From: Mobula hypostoma
Taxonomy: Eukaryota
Length of the DNA: 64,000 bases
Reading direction: 5' to 3'
Assembly: GCF_963921235.1 (NCBI RefSeq)
Contig: NC_086097.1
Location: forward strand, 9,920,001-9,984,000
In this document: positions 36,094-49,682 of the stretch, piece by piece
Layout: each line of letters starts with the position of its first letter
How positions within the stretch are numbered: the first letter of the stretch is position 1
Program-made: the position numbers and the translations under genes
Notes under the pieces: model-generated
What the model was told of the DNA's origin: nothing
What the model saw: the letters and a program-made list of their open reading frames with translations, nothing else
The model's database searches: none

Positions 36094-37081
36094 ATGGACT
36101 AGATGGCCTAGGGCCTATTTCTGTGCTTAGTGTGTTGTGACTCTATGAAAAATGGAAATAATAAAAAAAACACAATGTAAAAGAGAAGAATTTTTAATGT
36201 GAAGATGTTGGAGAGATTAGGATGAAACTGGAAGGAAAATGAATTTCAAAGCTTGAGACAAATAAGCATTGTAGATACACTGTAAATATAGAATTGTCCA
36301 TTGATCCGTAGCATATAAAATTTCATGTGATGTTGGGACAAGCAGGCCTCTTCCTCTGAAAGGGTCTCAATACCATGCTGGCTGTATCTCATTTTGTTGA
36401 ATAAAAGACTACTTCATATCTACCAGCTGCACCTCTTCTATGACTTCGTTCACTCTGCAACAATGTTCACCTGTTGAGTAATCACAAAAAAAAGTAAGAT
36501 GAAGTATGAATCATGTGTTGAATTGATGGAAGACCATGAAAATGCACTGGACATGAACTGATTTATTTGCTAAGTTTATTGATGCATTATCTAAGGATAG
36601 TGGTATAGTCAGTGTTACGTTTAGATCATGAGAAGAACAGTTGCTCCGTTCAGACTATAATTGATTATATTGCAAAAGGATGCAGAAATTAGATTTATAG
36701 CCTTAATCAATACTTTTGAGACCTGCTGCACTTACTAGGGATGATTAAAAATCTGACCTATCAATCTGGGCTAGAGACTCTCAGTTAATATCACTATTGC
36801 TTCTTTTTTTACAGGAGAGTTGAAGTCAGAGCTGTGCAAAGAGTTTATTCTGGTATGGAACTAAAAAAACAAAAAGAAACAATTGTTCTGAGGCCTCGGT
36901 TGGTCAGAGAGGCCATGGATGTATGGCTGTTGCATCCCAGCTGTCTGGATATGCACAGCCGAGGCAGAGCAAGCTGTTGGCCACACATCTGATAAACACA
37001 AAGGAACAGAAGAGACTGATACAGTTTGGCAGCAGCTATGTCACAGGAGTAGACAGTTAGTATTGAACTCAATGTAGGACT

Positions 37082-39790
37082 TTAGAAACCATAGAAACCA
37101 TAGAAATTACAGCACAGAAACAGGCCTTTTGGCTCTTCTTGGCTGTGCCGAACCATTTTCTGCCTAGTCCCACTGACCTACACACGGACTGTATCCCTCC
37201 ATACACCTCCCATCCATGTATCTGTCCAATTTATTCTTAAATGTTAAAAAAGAACCCGCATTTACCACCTCATCTGGCAGCTCATTCCATACTCCCACCA
37301 CTCTCTGTGTGAAGAAGCCCCCCCTAATGTTCCTTTTAAACTTTTCCCCCCTCACCCTTAACCCATGTCCTCTGGTTTTTTTCTCCCCTTGCCTCAGTGG
37401 AAAAAGCCTACTTGCATTCACTCTATCTATACCCATCATAATTTTATATACCTCTATCAAATCTCCCCTCATTCTTCTACACTCCAGGGAATAAAGTCCT
37501 AACCTATTCAACCTTTCTCTGTAACTGAGTTTCTCAAGTCCCGGCAACGTCCTTGTAAACCTTCTCTGCACTCCTTCAACCTTATTTATATCCTTCCTGT
37601 AATTTGGTGACCAAAACTGAACACAATACTCCAGATTCGGCCTCACCAATGCCTTATACAACCTCATCATAACATTCCAGCTCTTATAATCAAATACTTT
37701 GATTAATAAAGGCCAATGTACCAAAAGCTCTCTTTACGACCCTATCTACTTGTGACGCCACTTTTAGGGAATTTTGTGTCTGTATTCCCAGATCCCTTTG
37801 TTCCACTGCACTCCTCAGTGCCTTACCATTAACCCTGTATGTTCTACCTTGGTTTGTCCTTCCAACGTGCAATACCTCACACTTGTCTGTATTAAACTCC
37901 ATCTGCCATTTTTCAGCCCATTTTTCCAGCTGGTCCAAGGCCCTCTGCAGGCTCTGAAAACCTTCCTCACTGTCTACTACACCTCCAATCTTTGATTCAT
38001 CAGCAAATTTGCTGATCCAATTTACCACATTATCATCCAGATCATTGATATAGATGACAAATAACAATGGACCCAGCACTGATCCCTGTGGCACACCACT
38101 AGTCACAGGCCTCCACTCAGAGAAGCAATTCTCTACCACCACTCTTTGGCTTCTTCCATTGAGCCAATGTCTAATCCAATTTACCACCTTCCCATGTATA
38201 CCTAGCAACTGAATTTTCCTAACTAACCTCCCATGCGGGACCTTGTCAAAGGCCTTACTGAAATCCATGTAGACAATATCCACTGCCTTCCCTTCATCCA
38301 CTTTCCTGGTAACTTCCTCGAAAAATCCAATAGATTGGTCAAACATGACCTACCACGCTCAAAGCCATGTTGACTCTCCCTAATAAGTCCCTGTCTATCC
38401 AAATGCTTGTAGATTCTGTCTCTTAGTACTCCCTCCAATAATTTACCTAATACCGACATTAAACTCACCGGCCTATAATTTCCCGGATTACTTTTCGATC
38501 CTTTTTTAAACAATGGAACAACATGAGCCACTCTCCAATCCTCCGGCACCTCACCCGCAGACAGCGACATCTTAAATATTTCTGCCAGGGCCCCCGCAAT
38601 TTCAACACTAGTCTCCTTCAAGGTCCGAGGGAACACTCTGTCAGGTCCCGGGGATTTATCCACTTTAATTTTCCTCAAGACAGCAAGCACCTCCTCCTTT
38701 TCAATCTGTACAGTTTCCATGATCTCACTACTTGATTCCCTCAATTCCAAAGACTTCATGCCAGTTTCCTTAGTAAATACAGACGCAGAAAACCTATTTA
38801 AGATCTCCCCCAGTTCCTTTGGTTCCGCACATAGCCGACCACTCTGATCTTCAAGAGGACCAATTTTATCCCTTCCAATCCTTTTGCTCTTAATATACCT
38901 GTAAAAGCTCTTTGGATTATCCTTCACTTTGACCGCCAAGGCAACCTCATGTCTTCTTTTAGCCCTCCTGACTACTTTCTTAAGTATTTTCTTGCACTTC
39001 TTATACTCCTCAAGCACCTGATTTACTCCCTGTTTCCTATACATTTCATACAACTCCCTCTTCTTCTTTATCAGAGTTGCAATATCCCTTGAGAACCAAG
39101 GTTCCTTATTCCTATTCAATTTGCCTTTAATCCTGACAGGAACATACAAACTCTGCACTCTCAAAATTTCCCCTTTGAAGGCTTCCCACCTACCAATCAC
39201 ATCTTTGCCACAGAACAACCTGTCCCAATCCACGTTTTTTAGATCCTTTCTCATTTCTTCAAATTCGGCCTTCTTCCAGTTCAGAACCTCAACCCTAGGA
39301 CCAGATCTATCCTTGTCCATGATCAAATTGAAACTAATGGTGTTATGATCACTGGAACCAAAGTGCTCCCCTACACAGACTTCTGTCACTTGTCCTAACT
39401 CGCTTCCTAACAGGAGATCCAATATTGCATCCCCTCTAGTTGGTCCCTCTATATATCGATTTAGAAAACTTTCCTGAACACATTTTACAAACTCTAAACC
39501 ATCTAGACCCCTAACAGTATGGGAGTCCCAATCAATGTATGGAAAAATAAAATCCCCTACCACCACAACTTTATGTTTCCTGCAGTTGCCTGCTATCTCT
39601 CTGCAGATTTGCTCTTCCAAGTCTCGTTGACTATTGGGTGGTCTGTAATACAATCCCACTAATGTGGCCATACCTTTCCCGTTTCTCAGCTCCACCCATA
39701 AGGACTCAGTAGACAAGCCCTCTAATCTGGCCTGCCTGAGCACTGCTGTAATATTTTCCCTAACAAGCAATGCTACTTCCCCACCTTTCT
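37082..39790 (-). mobile_element. CR1 LINE, ~2.7 kb: most of ORF2 (APE endonuclease plus RT) with two frameshifts
   Basis: ORFs 38223-39821 (YRPPN, GDF, SDH, KSPGPD, QHGF), 37690-38346 (DFSKAFDKV, GVPQG), 37164-37724; (TAGAAACCA)n tail on + strand. Confidence 0.95.
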
Positions 39791-40115
39791 TAGTGACTCC
39801 AACTCCAGACTTTTCCCTCACAGTTTACTCCAAAAACCTTCCCTACAAGTGGGTACAGCCGCAAGGTAGCAGTGTCTTGAGATCAGAGCTTTCCTTCTCC
39901 TAGATGAGTTGACAAGCACAGCTGATGAGCTCCACCTGCCCAAAGCGACTGGTTTTAAGGTGCCAGTAATTCACCTTCTTCTGTAAGTAGAAATGGTTCT
40001 GCCGGGCTTAGTAGCTAAGCCACACATGAAGACCAGGAGCTGGACTTGGTTATCAGAGGCAATTTGAGCAGCACACCATTAGGAGCAGTTAATATGTAGT
40101 GGTAGCTTACCCCCA
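39791..40115 (-). mobile_element. RTE 5'-UTR-like repeat (other half at ~36885-37081), split by the CR1
   Basis: Reverse strand CTAGGAGAAGGAAAGCTCTGA..TACCCAC..GGAGTAAAC matches 58600-58780. Confidence 0.55.
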
Positions 40116-40629
40116 GCTAGAAAAAACTTAAACAATTATAACGATTATAATGATTCAAATAAAACCCAGTTGTACTTTAGATAAGATGGTTAGTTTATTG
40201 TTTCAGCTACACTGCTGTCTTAAAACTTCTGGACCAATCACTTCATTTCTACTGAACTCCTTGCCACCACCCAGGTCTCACCACTCATGAAGCACCAGTA
40301 GTTTCAGAAGCAGCACTGAAGTGGGATCTCATGGAAACTTGCTAGAGTCATATTGGGTTAAATGTTGCTTTGATATCAAGGGCAGTTACTTTCACATCAA
40401 TTCTGGAGTTTACTGTAACTCACTGTTCAGATCTGGACGATCCTAGCGAGATCCAAGCTGGGTTATTGGTGTGCAGGCTACAGGCCAGTAAGTGTATTGC
40501 CAAACATTCCTTCCATCACATGGGTGTTGATTAAGAGTGGATTGGCTGGATCATTACTTAGATTTGATTTGTCCTTCATTTTCAGAACAGTTCATATCCA
40601 GGCAATTTTCAAGTGTTTTAATAGTACTT

Positions 40630-41835
40630 GGGTGGCGGGGTGCAGATACATCTCTACCAAAGAAGGTATAAGGCACTTCTTCCCACCGCTAGGCTACAGG
40701 TCACCCTTGGACAAGGTGTAGTGCCTATTTAGACGCCCACCCATCCCAATCAGGTCATATAAAGCTATGGGAGTAAGTGATGAATTGTCATTTCAGTAGC
40801 TATTGCATATCAGCTACAGGAGGTCAAGATGGCGCCAGCGAACAACGATTCCTCAGATGACATCTTCCAGATAGCCAATCAATTCAGTTTTTCTATGTCT
40901 TCTATTTATTCTTTTTATCTTAATTTTGCTTTTGGAACTGTTGGAGCCTGTGACTTATAGTCTGTTTCAACCAAGTGAGCTAGTGCTCTGCTGTCTGCAA
41001 AAAAACTCCAGCAGCATGAGCTACCATGAGGAGAAGCTCAGAGACGAAACGAGTGGCAATGGTCGATTACATTTCTCTCCGATTAAGGCAGCAGGGAAGA
41101 CTGAAACATTAAGGCAAATGCAGGGGAGAGCGAGTAGTTCATGGAGAGGCAGCTGGAGGAGCTGGTGGTTCATGTCGCTGCCCTCTGGAAGGCTGCTGGC
41201 TCATGTTGCTGCTCTCGGAGAGGCTGCTGATTTGAGTCGCTTCCCTCAAAGAGGCCAATGGGTTCCGATGCTCTTGGAGATGTTTTTGAAATTCTGAGAT
41301 TAATGGGTTGAACTGTACTTCATATTGGCTTCGTTCAGTTCTGTGTTCTTTTTTGTGTTCTCGCTCAGTCTTTCTTGGCAAGTTGAGGGTTTGGGTGATT
41401 TGTTAGCTTTTGTGCAAGGGAGGGGTTGGGGGGACGGTTGGGGATTGTGAGTTTTTGCTTCTTTCTCTTTTCATGCGGGGGGAGGAACTAATGTCTTTCT
41501 TTCAATTACTTCTATTATTTTCTGTATTTTATGACAATCTCGAGAAGACAAATCTCGGAGTTGTATTCCCCATACATACTTTGATAATTAAATGAACCTT
41601 TGAACCATTGATATCACAAGTCCTGGTTATGTGATCACTGACACCAGGCAGAAAATCTCTGAAGAGTATTGATAATGGCTGGGGTCTCACACCTTGTAAA
41701 GACACTTCCCAGAAGAAGACGATGGCAAACCATTTCTGTAGAAAAATGTGCAAAGAACAACCATGGTCATGGAAAGACCATGATCACCCATGTCATATGG
41801 CATGGCACATAATGAACAAATGAACAAACGAATGA
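40630..41835 (+). mobile_element. SINE with RTE-type tail, split by the insertion at 40813-41610
   Basis: Head at 40630-40812 and tail at 41611-41835 are colinear with the 5105-5490 family. Confidence 0.75.
40813..41610 (+). mobile_element. ~0.8 kb non-autonomous retroposon
   Basis: 5' CAAGATGGCGCC, TGAACC tandem tail, ATATCA on both sides; 3' part resembles ~48700-48875 and reverse of ~9343-9560. Confidence 0.6.
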
Positions 41836-41965
41836 CTCAGAAGTATTTTATTCTGGTGAAACACTGCATCATGTTCTGAAATCATTTAACGTACCTATTA
41901 GAATTAAATTTCAAATTTCCTAAAGCCTTCCTCTTTTACACTACCTTAGACTACATCAATTTAGA

Positions 41966-44113
41966 TCATAAGACCATTAGATATAGGAGCAGAAATTAGG
42001 CCATTTGGCCCATCAACTCTGCTCCACCATTCAATTATGGATGATTTTTTTTTTCTCCTCCTCACCCCCAGTTCCTGGCCTTCTCCTCATAACCTTTGCT
42101 GCCATGTCTATTCAAGAACCTATCAAGCTCTGCCTTAAATACACCCAACAACCTGGCCTCCACAGCTGCACGTGGCAACAAATCCCACAAATTCACCACA
42201 CTGTGTCTAAAGAAATTTCTCCACATCTGTTTTGAATGGAAAACCCTCTATCCAGACGCTGTGCCCTCTTGTCCTAGACTCTCCCACCATGGGAAACATC
42301 CTTTACACATCAGCTCTGTCTAGGCCTTTCAACATTTGAAAGGGTTCAATGAGATCCCTCCTCATCCTTCTGAATTCCAGCAAGTACAGACTCAGAGCCA
42401 TTAAATGTTCCTCGTATGATAAATCTTTTTTTTCTGGAATCATCCTTGTGAACCTCCCCTGGACCATCTCCAATGCCAGCATATCTTTTCTCAGATGAGG
42501 AGCCCAAAACTGTTCACAATTCTCAAGGTGAGTCCATCCCAGTGCCTAATAAAGCCTCAGCATCACATCCCTGTTCTTGTAGTCTAGACCTCTTGAAATG
42601 AATGCTAACATTGCATTTGCCTTCCTCACCATGGACTCAACCTGCAAGTTAAACTTTAGGGTCTCCAGCACAAGTCCCTTTACATCTTAGATTTTTAGAT
42701 TTTCTCCCCATTTAGAAAATAGTCCATACATTTATTTCTACTACCAACATGCATGACTATGCATTTTCCAACATTATATTTCATTTGCCACTTTCTTGCC
42801 CAAGGTTGGGGGTGTTGTGGATAGTGTGGAGGGCTGTCAGAGGTTACAGAGAGACATTGATAGGATGCAAAACTGGGCTGAGAAGTGGCAGATGGAGTTC
42901 AACCCAGATAAGTATGAGGTGGTTCATTTTGGTAGGTCAAATATGATGGCAGAATACAGTATTAATGCTAAGACTCTTGGCAGTGTGGAGGATCAGTGGG
43001 ATCTTGGGGTCCAAATCTATAGGACACTCTAAGCTGCTAAGCAGGTTGACTCTGTGATTAAGGAAGCATACAGTTCATTAGCCTTCATCAATCATGGAAT
43101 TGGAGCCAACAGGTAATGTTGCAGTTATATGGGACCCTGGTCAGACCCCACTTGGAGTACCGTGCTCAGTTCTGGTCGCCTCACTATAGGAAGGATGTGG
43201 AAACCATAGAAAGGGTGCAGAGGAGATTTCCAAGGATGTTTCCTGGATTCGGGAGCATGCTTTATAAGAATAGGTTGAGTGAACTCAGCCTTTTTTCCTT
43301 TGAGCGACAGAGGATGAGAGGTGACCAGATAGAGGTGTATAACGTGATGAGAGGCATTGATCATGTGGATAGTTAGAGGCTTTTTCCCAGGGCTGGAATG
43401 GCTAGCATGAGAAGGTACGGTTTTAAGGTGCTTGGATGTCAGGGGTAAGTTTTTTATGCAGAGAGTGGTGAGTGCATGGAATGGGCTGCCAGCGACAGTG
43501 GTGGAGGTGCATACGATAGGGACTTTTAAGAGACTCTTAGACAGGTACATGGAAATCAGAAAAATACAAGGGCTATGGGTAACTCTAGGTAATTTCTAAG
43601 GTAAGGACATGTTCAACACAACTTTGTGGGCCGAAGGGCCTGTAATGTGCTGTAGGTTTTCTACGTTTCTATGTTTCTATTTTCCCAATCTGTCTAAGTC
43701 CTTCTGCATCCTACCTGCTTCCTCAACACTACCTGCTCCTCCACCATTCTTCATATCATCTGCAAACTTGGCAACAAAGCCATCTATTTCATCATGTAAG
43801 TCATTTTTATACAGTATAAAAAGAAGTGGTCCCAACACTGACCCCTGTGGAACACCACTAGTGAGTGGTGCCAACCAGACAAGGATCCTTTTATTCAGAC
43901 TTGCTGCCTCCTTCCAATCAGCCGATACTCTAACCATGTTAGTAACTTTCTTATAATACCACAGGCTCTTAACTTGGTAAGCAACCTCATGTCTGGCACC
44001 TTGTCAAAGGCCTTTTGAAAGTCCAAATATACAACATCCACTGCATTCCATTTATCTATCCTACTTGCAATCTCCTCAAAGAATTCCAACAGGTTCATCA
44101 GGCGAGATTTTCC
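41966..44113 (-). mobile_element. Decayed CR1 LINE, interrupted by an opposite-strand CR1
   Basis: ORFs 43677-43937 (GVPQGSVLGP, FADD) and 43895-44098 (YLDFQKAFDKV). Confidence 0.9.
42798..43680 (+). mobile_element. CR1 LINE 3' fragment nested in the older CR1
   Basis: ORFs 42796-43032 and 43116-43376; (TTTCTATG)n tail. Confidence 0.9.
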
Positions 44114-44261
44114 TTTTTTTCCCAGGAAGCTTTGTCCTTCCCACTCTTCGTATTCTGACAGCTCTTCAATAGTGAACTATATCAGAATAGGTAGCTGTAT
44201 TTAAAGATCCTATGTAGATACAAGATCTTATTGTTCTTTGATATCATAAGCTGTCTTCTAT

Positions 44262-44543
44262 TTAGTTATTGATTTAGAGATACAGCATGGAATAGACCCT
44301 CCCGCCCAATTAGATGCACACCCAGCAATCCCCCCCATTTAACCCTAGCCTAATCACAGGACCAGACACAATGACCAATTAGCATAATAACCCGTGTGTC
44401 TTTGGACTGTGGGAGGAAACTGGAGCACCCAGAGGAAACCCACACATACAGACTCCTTACAGAGGACACCAGAAATGAAGTCTAAACACCGATGGCTAGA
44501 GGTGTAATAACGTTGCGCTAACCACTACACTACTGTGGCACCC
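44262..44543 (-). mobile_element. V-SINE (HE1-like)
   Basis: TTTGGACTGTGGGAGGAAACTGGAGCACCCAGAGGAAACCCAC; GCTAACCACTACAC head. Confidence 0.8.
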
Positions 44544-45493
44544 CCAAACATCAATTCAAGGAGTATGTTAGACTTTGAAAGATACTCTATGATACATTCC
44601 ACTAATTTGAAGGGGATTATTTTTTAAGAACGTTTCCTGCTGTTGTATTGTAAATATTGTCAATGGGCTGAGTTTTCTTTTCAATTTAGATTTTGTTTTA
44701 TCCAAAGATACAACAATACAAGGTAGATGAACAACAAAACATGCTTTATTATCAGAGTTTAGACCAGATGGCTATTGAAATGTTTTTTTTTGCTGGGAAG
44801 TAATTGCAGAATAACAAGTCAGGAATAGCAATAAATGGATTTAAATTGGCAGAAGTATAATTTGCGTTGGCAGAATATTCGTTGATGTAAATGTGAAGTA
44901 AGATGCCATTAACAGAGACAGTGCAATTTAGTTAATATTTAGCTAGGGCTGCAGCAGGCACCTTTATAATGCTGGTGGGCGGGGTACTTCTGTTAGACTA
45001 ACACACTAAATTAGAAACTAGTTTTAAAATATAAGGAATGCTTTGAGTTCAATACATTCAGTATTTTTTCTCATGTCTGCTGCCCTGATGGAATCAACAA
45101 CCTACTTTCACAGAATCACACAGGAAATCATTCATTTCAGTCAGTCCATGTTGGCTCTGTCTAAGAACAATCCAATGACTCCTACAATCCAATTAGTCCC
45201 TCTCTCCTGCTTTCTCCTGATGGCTCTGCAAATTCCTTTCTTAAACAACTTCCTTTCCTATGCTATAATTAAGTTTATAATTTACAAATAACAGGAAATG
45301 AGGAAAACATTGGGTTGTTTTTTCTGGAATGGCTGAGGCTGAGGGAGAGGTTGAGAGAGGTTCATAAGATTATGAGCAATACATATAGGGTAGTTATCTA
45401 TACAACTCTGATTATTTTCCATGGTTTGATATGTCTAATACCAGAGTGCATGCATTTAAGGTGTGGAGAGGTAATTTCAATGGAGATGTGAGG

Positions 45494-45812
45494 TACCTAC
45501 TGCCTGTTGTAGGGCAGCAATGAAGATCCTCCGTCTCTGTATCCCACAATGATTTCGAAGAATTCTTCTTTGCCGTTTCCATAACAATTGTTTATTTGAC
45601 CAGTCAGGGTTGTTAGTCCTGAGCTGAACCCACAAACCTGGAGTACTGCTGGACCATTCTTAGTCTGGCCTCTACCCTTTGACCTAATTGGCATGGGTGA
45701 CCCTAACAAGAGTCAAAGCACAGGACCCTGACTCCACCCAACATAACTCTCTGGGTCAATAAGGCACACAAACTTCCAAACCACAACAAGGATGTGGTTT
45801 TCTTGGAGGAAA
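45494..45812 (-). mobile_element. Short retroposon with 12 bp TSD, inside a decayed CR1 3' end
   Basis: GGAGATGTGAGG at 45482-45493 and 45813-45824. Confidence 0.7.
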
Positions 45813-46189
45813 GGAGATGTGAGGGGCAAAGTTTTTACACAGAGGGTGGTGAGTGTCAGAAATGTGCTGCCTAGGGTGGTGATAGAAGCTGATACGTTAA
45901 GGAGTTTTTAGAAGGGTTTAGATAGGCTTATGAATGTGAGGAAAATGGAAGGATATAGATATTGTGTAGGTAGAAGAGATTTGTTTAGTTGGCCAGTTAG
46001 ACTCTAATTTATTTGGTTCAGTGTAACATTATGGGCCAAATGCCTGTTCCTGTGCAGTACTGTCGTATGTTCTATATTAATAATGATGACCCTGCCGTTC
46101 TGGAGACATAACAGCTTGCAGTTACTGGAATCTTCAGTAAGACAAACATCTGGGGAAATAGCTGGTCAGGCAGAATATGTGGAAGAAAA

Positions 46190-46722
46190 TAGACTGCCAG
46201 TGTTTCAGGTCGAGCCATTTTTTCTGGGGCTAAAAGATGAAGGGGAGACAGCCAATTTCAAAAAGTGGAAGGGAGAGGTACACCAGACGAAAGACGAATC
46301 TAGGTAAGGAGGGGTAATAGGAGGAACATGGCAAACAGTGCCTGAAGCTGGGAGATGATGGGCGGAGCGACAAAAGACCTGATGACGATGGAATCTGGTA
46401 GGAGAGGAAGATGGAGGTTAGAATCAATGGATGGAGATGGGGAGGGCAGATGGAATATTGAAGAAGGGAAACAAGTGGAAAAAGTGTTTGAGTGATAGGA
46501 TGATGGATGGAGATGGGAGGGCAGATGGAATAGTGAGGGAGGTGAACAAATGGGAGGTATTTTTGGGTGATGGGCAGATAAAGAGAATGAAAGAGGGAAA
46601 GAAACAGCATGTTGGGGGCTGGGTTGAGTACAGGAAGAAATAGGTAGATCAAAAGGAGAGAGAAATAGAGACAAGTGGAATAAAATTTACTAGAAGTTGG
46701 AGAATTCAACCTTCATGCCATT
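46190..46722 (-). mobile_element. Old Penelope-like 3' UTR fragment
   Basis: Long purine tract between a hammerhead remnant and TTCATGCCATT (reverse of NGMK). Confidence 0.55.
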
Positions 46723-46829
46723 GGTAAACTGCTTCTACTCGATTCCTTTCTCTGTCCTCCTAAGCTACTTGGTTCTACACTCAGCTTTTTATGGGACCCA
46801 CCTACATCTGCTATTTTGAAACCTTATCT

Positions 46830-47531
46830 CATCAGTCACTGAAAGTAAGCATGCAAGTACAGCAGGCAGTGAAGAAAACTAATGGCATGCTGACCTTCAG
46901 AACAAGGGGAATTGAGTATAGGAGCAAAGAGGTCCTTCTGCAGCTGTACAGGGCCCTGGTGAGACCACACCTGGAGTGTTGTGTGCAGTTTTGGTCTCCA
47001 AATTTGAGGAAGGACATTCTAGCTATTGAGGGAGTGCAGCGTAGGTTCACGAGGTTAATTCCCGGGATGGCGGGACTGTCATATGTTGAAAGATTGGAGC
47101 GACTGGGGTTGTGTACACTGGAATTTAGAAGGATGAGGGGGGATCTGATTGAAACATATAATATTATTAAGGGATTGGATACGCTAGAGGCAGGAAACAT
47201 GTTCCCAATGTTAGGGGAGTCCAGAACCAAAGGCCACAGTTTAAGAATAAGGGGTAGACCATTTAGAACGGAGTTAAGGAAAAACATTTTCACACAGAGG
47301 GTTGTGGTTCTGTGGAATGCTCTGCCTCAGAAGGCAGTGGAGGCCAACTCTCTGGATTCTTTCAAAAAAGAGTTAGATAGATAGATATCTTAAAGATAGC
47401 GGAGTGAAGGGATATGGGAAGAAAGCAGGAAAAGGGTACTGATTGTGGATGATCAGCCATGATCACAGTGAATGGTGGTGCTGGCTCGAAGGGTTGAACG
47501 GCCTACTCCTGCACCTATTGTCTATTGTCTA
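46830..47531 (+). mobile_element. CR1 LINE 3' fragment
   Basis: ORF 46791-47384; same subfamily as 21988-22594. Confidence 0.95.
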
Positions 47532-49311
47532 AGCCACGAATGCTATATGGTCCTAGAGCACTGTGGTTCATTACCAGCATACAACAGAAAATAGTGATTG
47601 TGCTTGATTTTCCCCATTTTGCTTTAAAATGAGCATTGTGTCGGGACTGACATTATTAAGTGTGTGAAATACAGACAGGATTGAAGGAAGATCTGATCAT
47701 GTGCATAAGGGAAAATCAGGTTCGGAAGTGCCCAGCAAATTTCCAAAAGAGGCAAAGACTTGAAAGTTGACTTCATTACGTTTTGCTATAAATTAATATG
47801 AATCTTCAGTTGTAAAGAATTGAAAAAACTGTGTAACAATACTTCTGCAGGCTACTATGCTTCCAATGTGTGATATTGTAGGGACATCTGAACGAACCAT
47901 AACTGAAGCAGCTAGAGAGATCTTAGAGAACTGATCTGTGTGAATGAAAATGAATTGTTAAAGGGAATACACATCACACAGAGAGGCACTGAAGTGTACT
48001 ATTGTGCTTCTGAGATCTGTCACAGAAAAAGATTACAAGGTGGATAAAGGAAAAGATTCCAGGATGTGTTCAAAGCCTCCTTGAAAAATGCAATATCCTC
48101 ACTGAGTCCTGAGATTACCTGTCCCACAACCAATCAGTTTAGATGATGTTTTGAACCACTGGAAACAAACAGAGGACTTAGACATTATAAGAATGCACCA
48201 TCTCCCAAACTACTCACCATCCTATCTTTGCAAGTGTCTGCAGTTTCCACATTGACATCGCCAGAACTTGCAAGACCGGAGTTGAAGCAAATCACTCTCG
48301 CCTCAATGCTGAATGGACTCCACAGATGTGGCCTGCAGCCATCAGAGCTCCTGGATGGGGTTCACCCACCTCAGCGCTGAATTGGGTCCACAGCTGTAGG
48401 TCCACTTTTCAGGACCCAGCAGTTCATGTTCTGTGTATTATTTGTTTACTTTATTGTAACTTAGAGTGATTTTTATGTCTTGCTATAAAACCACAAATTT
48501 CCCAACATATATCAGTGATAAGAAATCTGATTCTGACTCATTCTGATACTGTTCTGGATGCTACCTGTTTCATGTCTGTGAGCTTTGCAATGATTTGCCC
48601 TGTTGTGTGATGACCTGAGACTGAGTCTACGTGCCTACTCCCACTGCTCTGGGCTCCAGGTTTATGGACATAATTTGGTTTAGAATGCTGGTATTTGCTT
48701 TTATTGTTTGCATGATTTTATTTCTTTAATGTCTCTTCCTCTGCACATTGGGTGTGGTCCTTTTTTATTTTGCTTGGGTTCTTTTGGATTTCTTGTTTTG
48801 TGGCCTCCTGTAAGCAGACAAATCTCAAGGTTGTATAATATATGCATTCTTTGATAATGAATGTACTTTGAATCCAATGAATGAGTTACTTAAACAAGTC
48901 CAAATCCTTGAAACAGCACAGTGGTACAAAAAGTGGAACTGCTGCTTGTCAGCTCCAGTATCTTGCGTTTAGTCTTGATCTCTGGGGCTCTCTACCTGAA
49001 GTTTGCACTTTCCATTTATGTTTATGTAGATACTCCAATATCTTTCCACATCCCAATGAAGGGCAGAGTAATTGGTTAGTTGTGAATGTTAATTGCCCCA
49101 ATTGTGTAAGGTGAACAAGTGGGAGGTATTTTTAGGTGATGAGCAGATAAAGAGAATGAAAGAGGGAAAGAAACAGCATGGCGGAGGCTGGGTTGAGTAT
49201 CAGAAGAAATATGTAGATCAGGAGGAGAGAGAAAAAGAGACAAATGGGATAAAATTTACTAGAAGTTGGAAAAGTTGTGTAAGGTACAATCTGGAAAGAG
49301 TTGAGGAGAAT

Positions 49312-49682
49312 GTTCGTTCATTATGTACTGTTCATATGACGTGGGTGATCATGATCTTTCCATGATCTGACCATGATTGTTCTTAGCAAATTTTTCTGCA
49401 GGAAAGGTTTGCCATTGTCTTCTTCTGGGCAGCCTCTTTACAAGATGGGCGACCCCAGCCGTTATCAATACTCTTCAGAGATTGTCTGCTTGGCGTCAGT
49501 GGTCGCATAACCAGAATTTATGATCTGCACCGGCTGCTCGTACGACCATCCACCACCTGCTCCCATGGCTTCATGGGAGTTTGAGCAGGTGCTACATCTT
49601 GTCCAAGGGTGACCTGAAGGTTAGTGGAGGGAAGGAGCACCTTACACTTCCTTTGGAAGAGTCATATCTCCACCCTGCCACT
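49312..49682 (-). mobile_element. SINE with RTE-type tail
   Basis: Reverse complement of the 5105-5490 family. Confidence 0.75.

Noticed and set aside
44690..44722. Possible 33 nt exon (ILFYPKIQQYK)
   Set aside because: Weak donor (GTAGAT), and the adjacent sequence looks like a highly decayed CR1 RT
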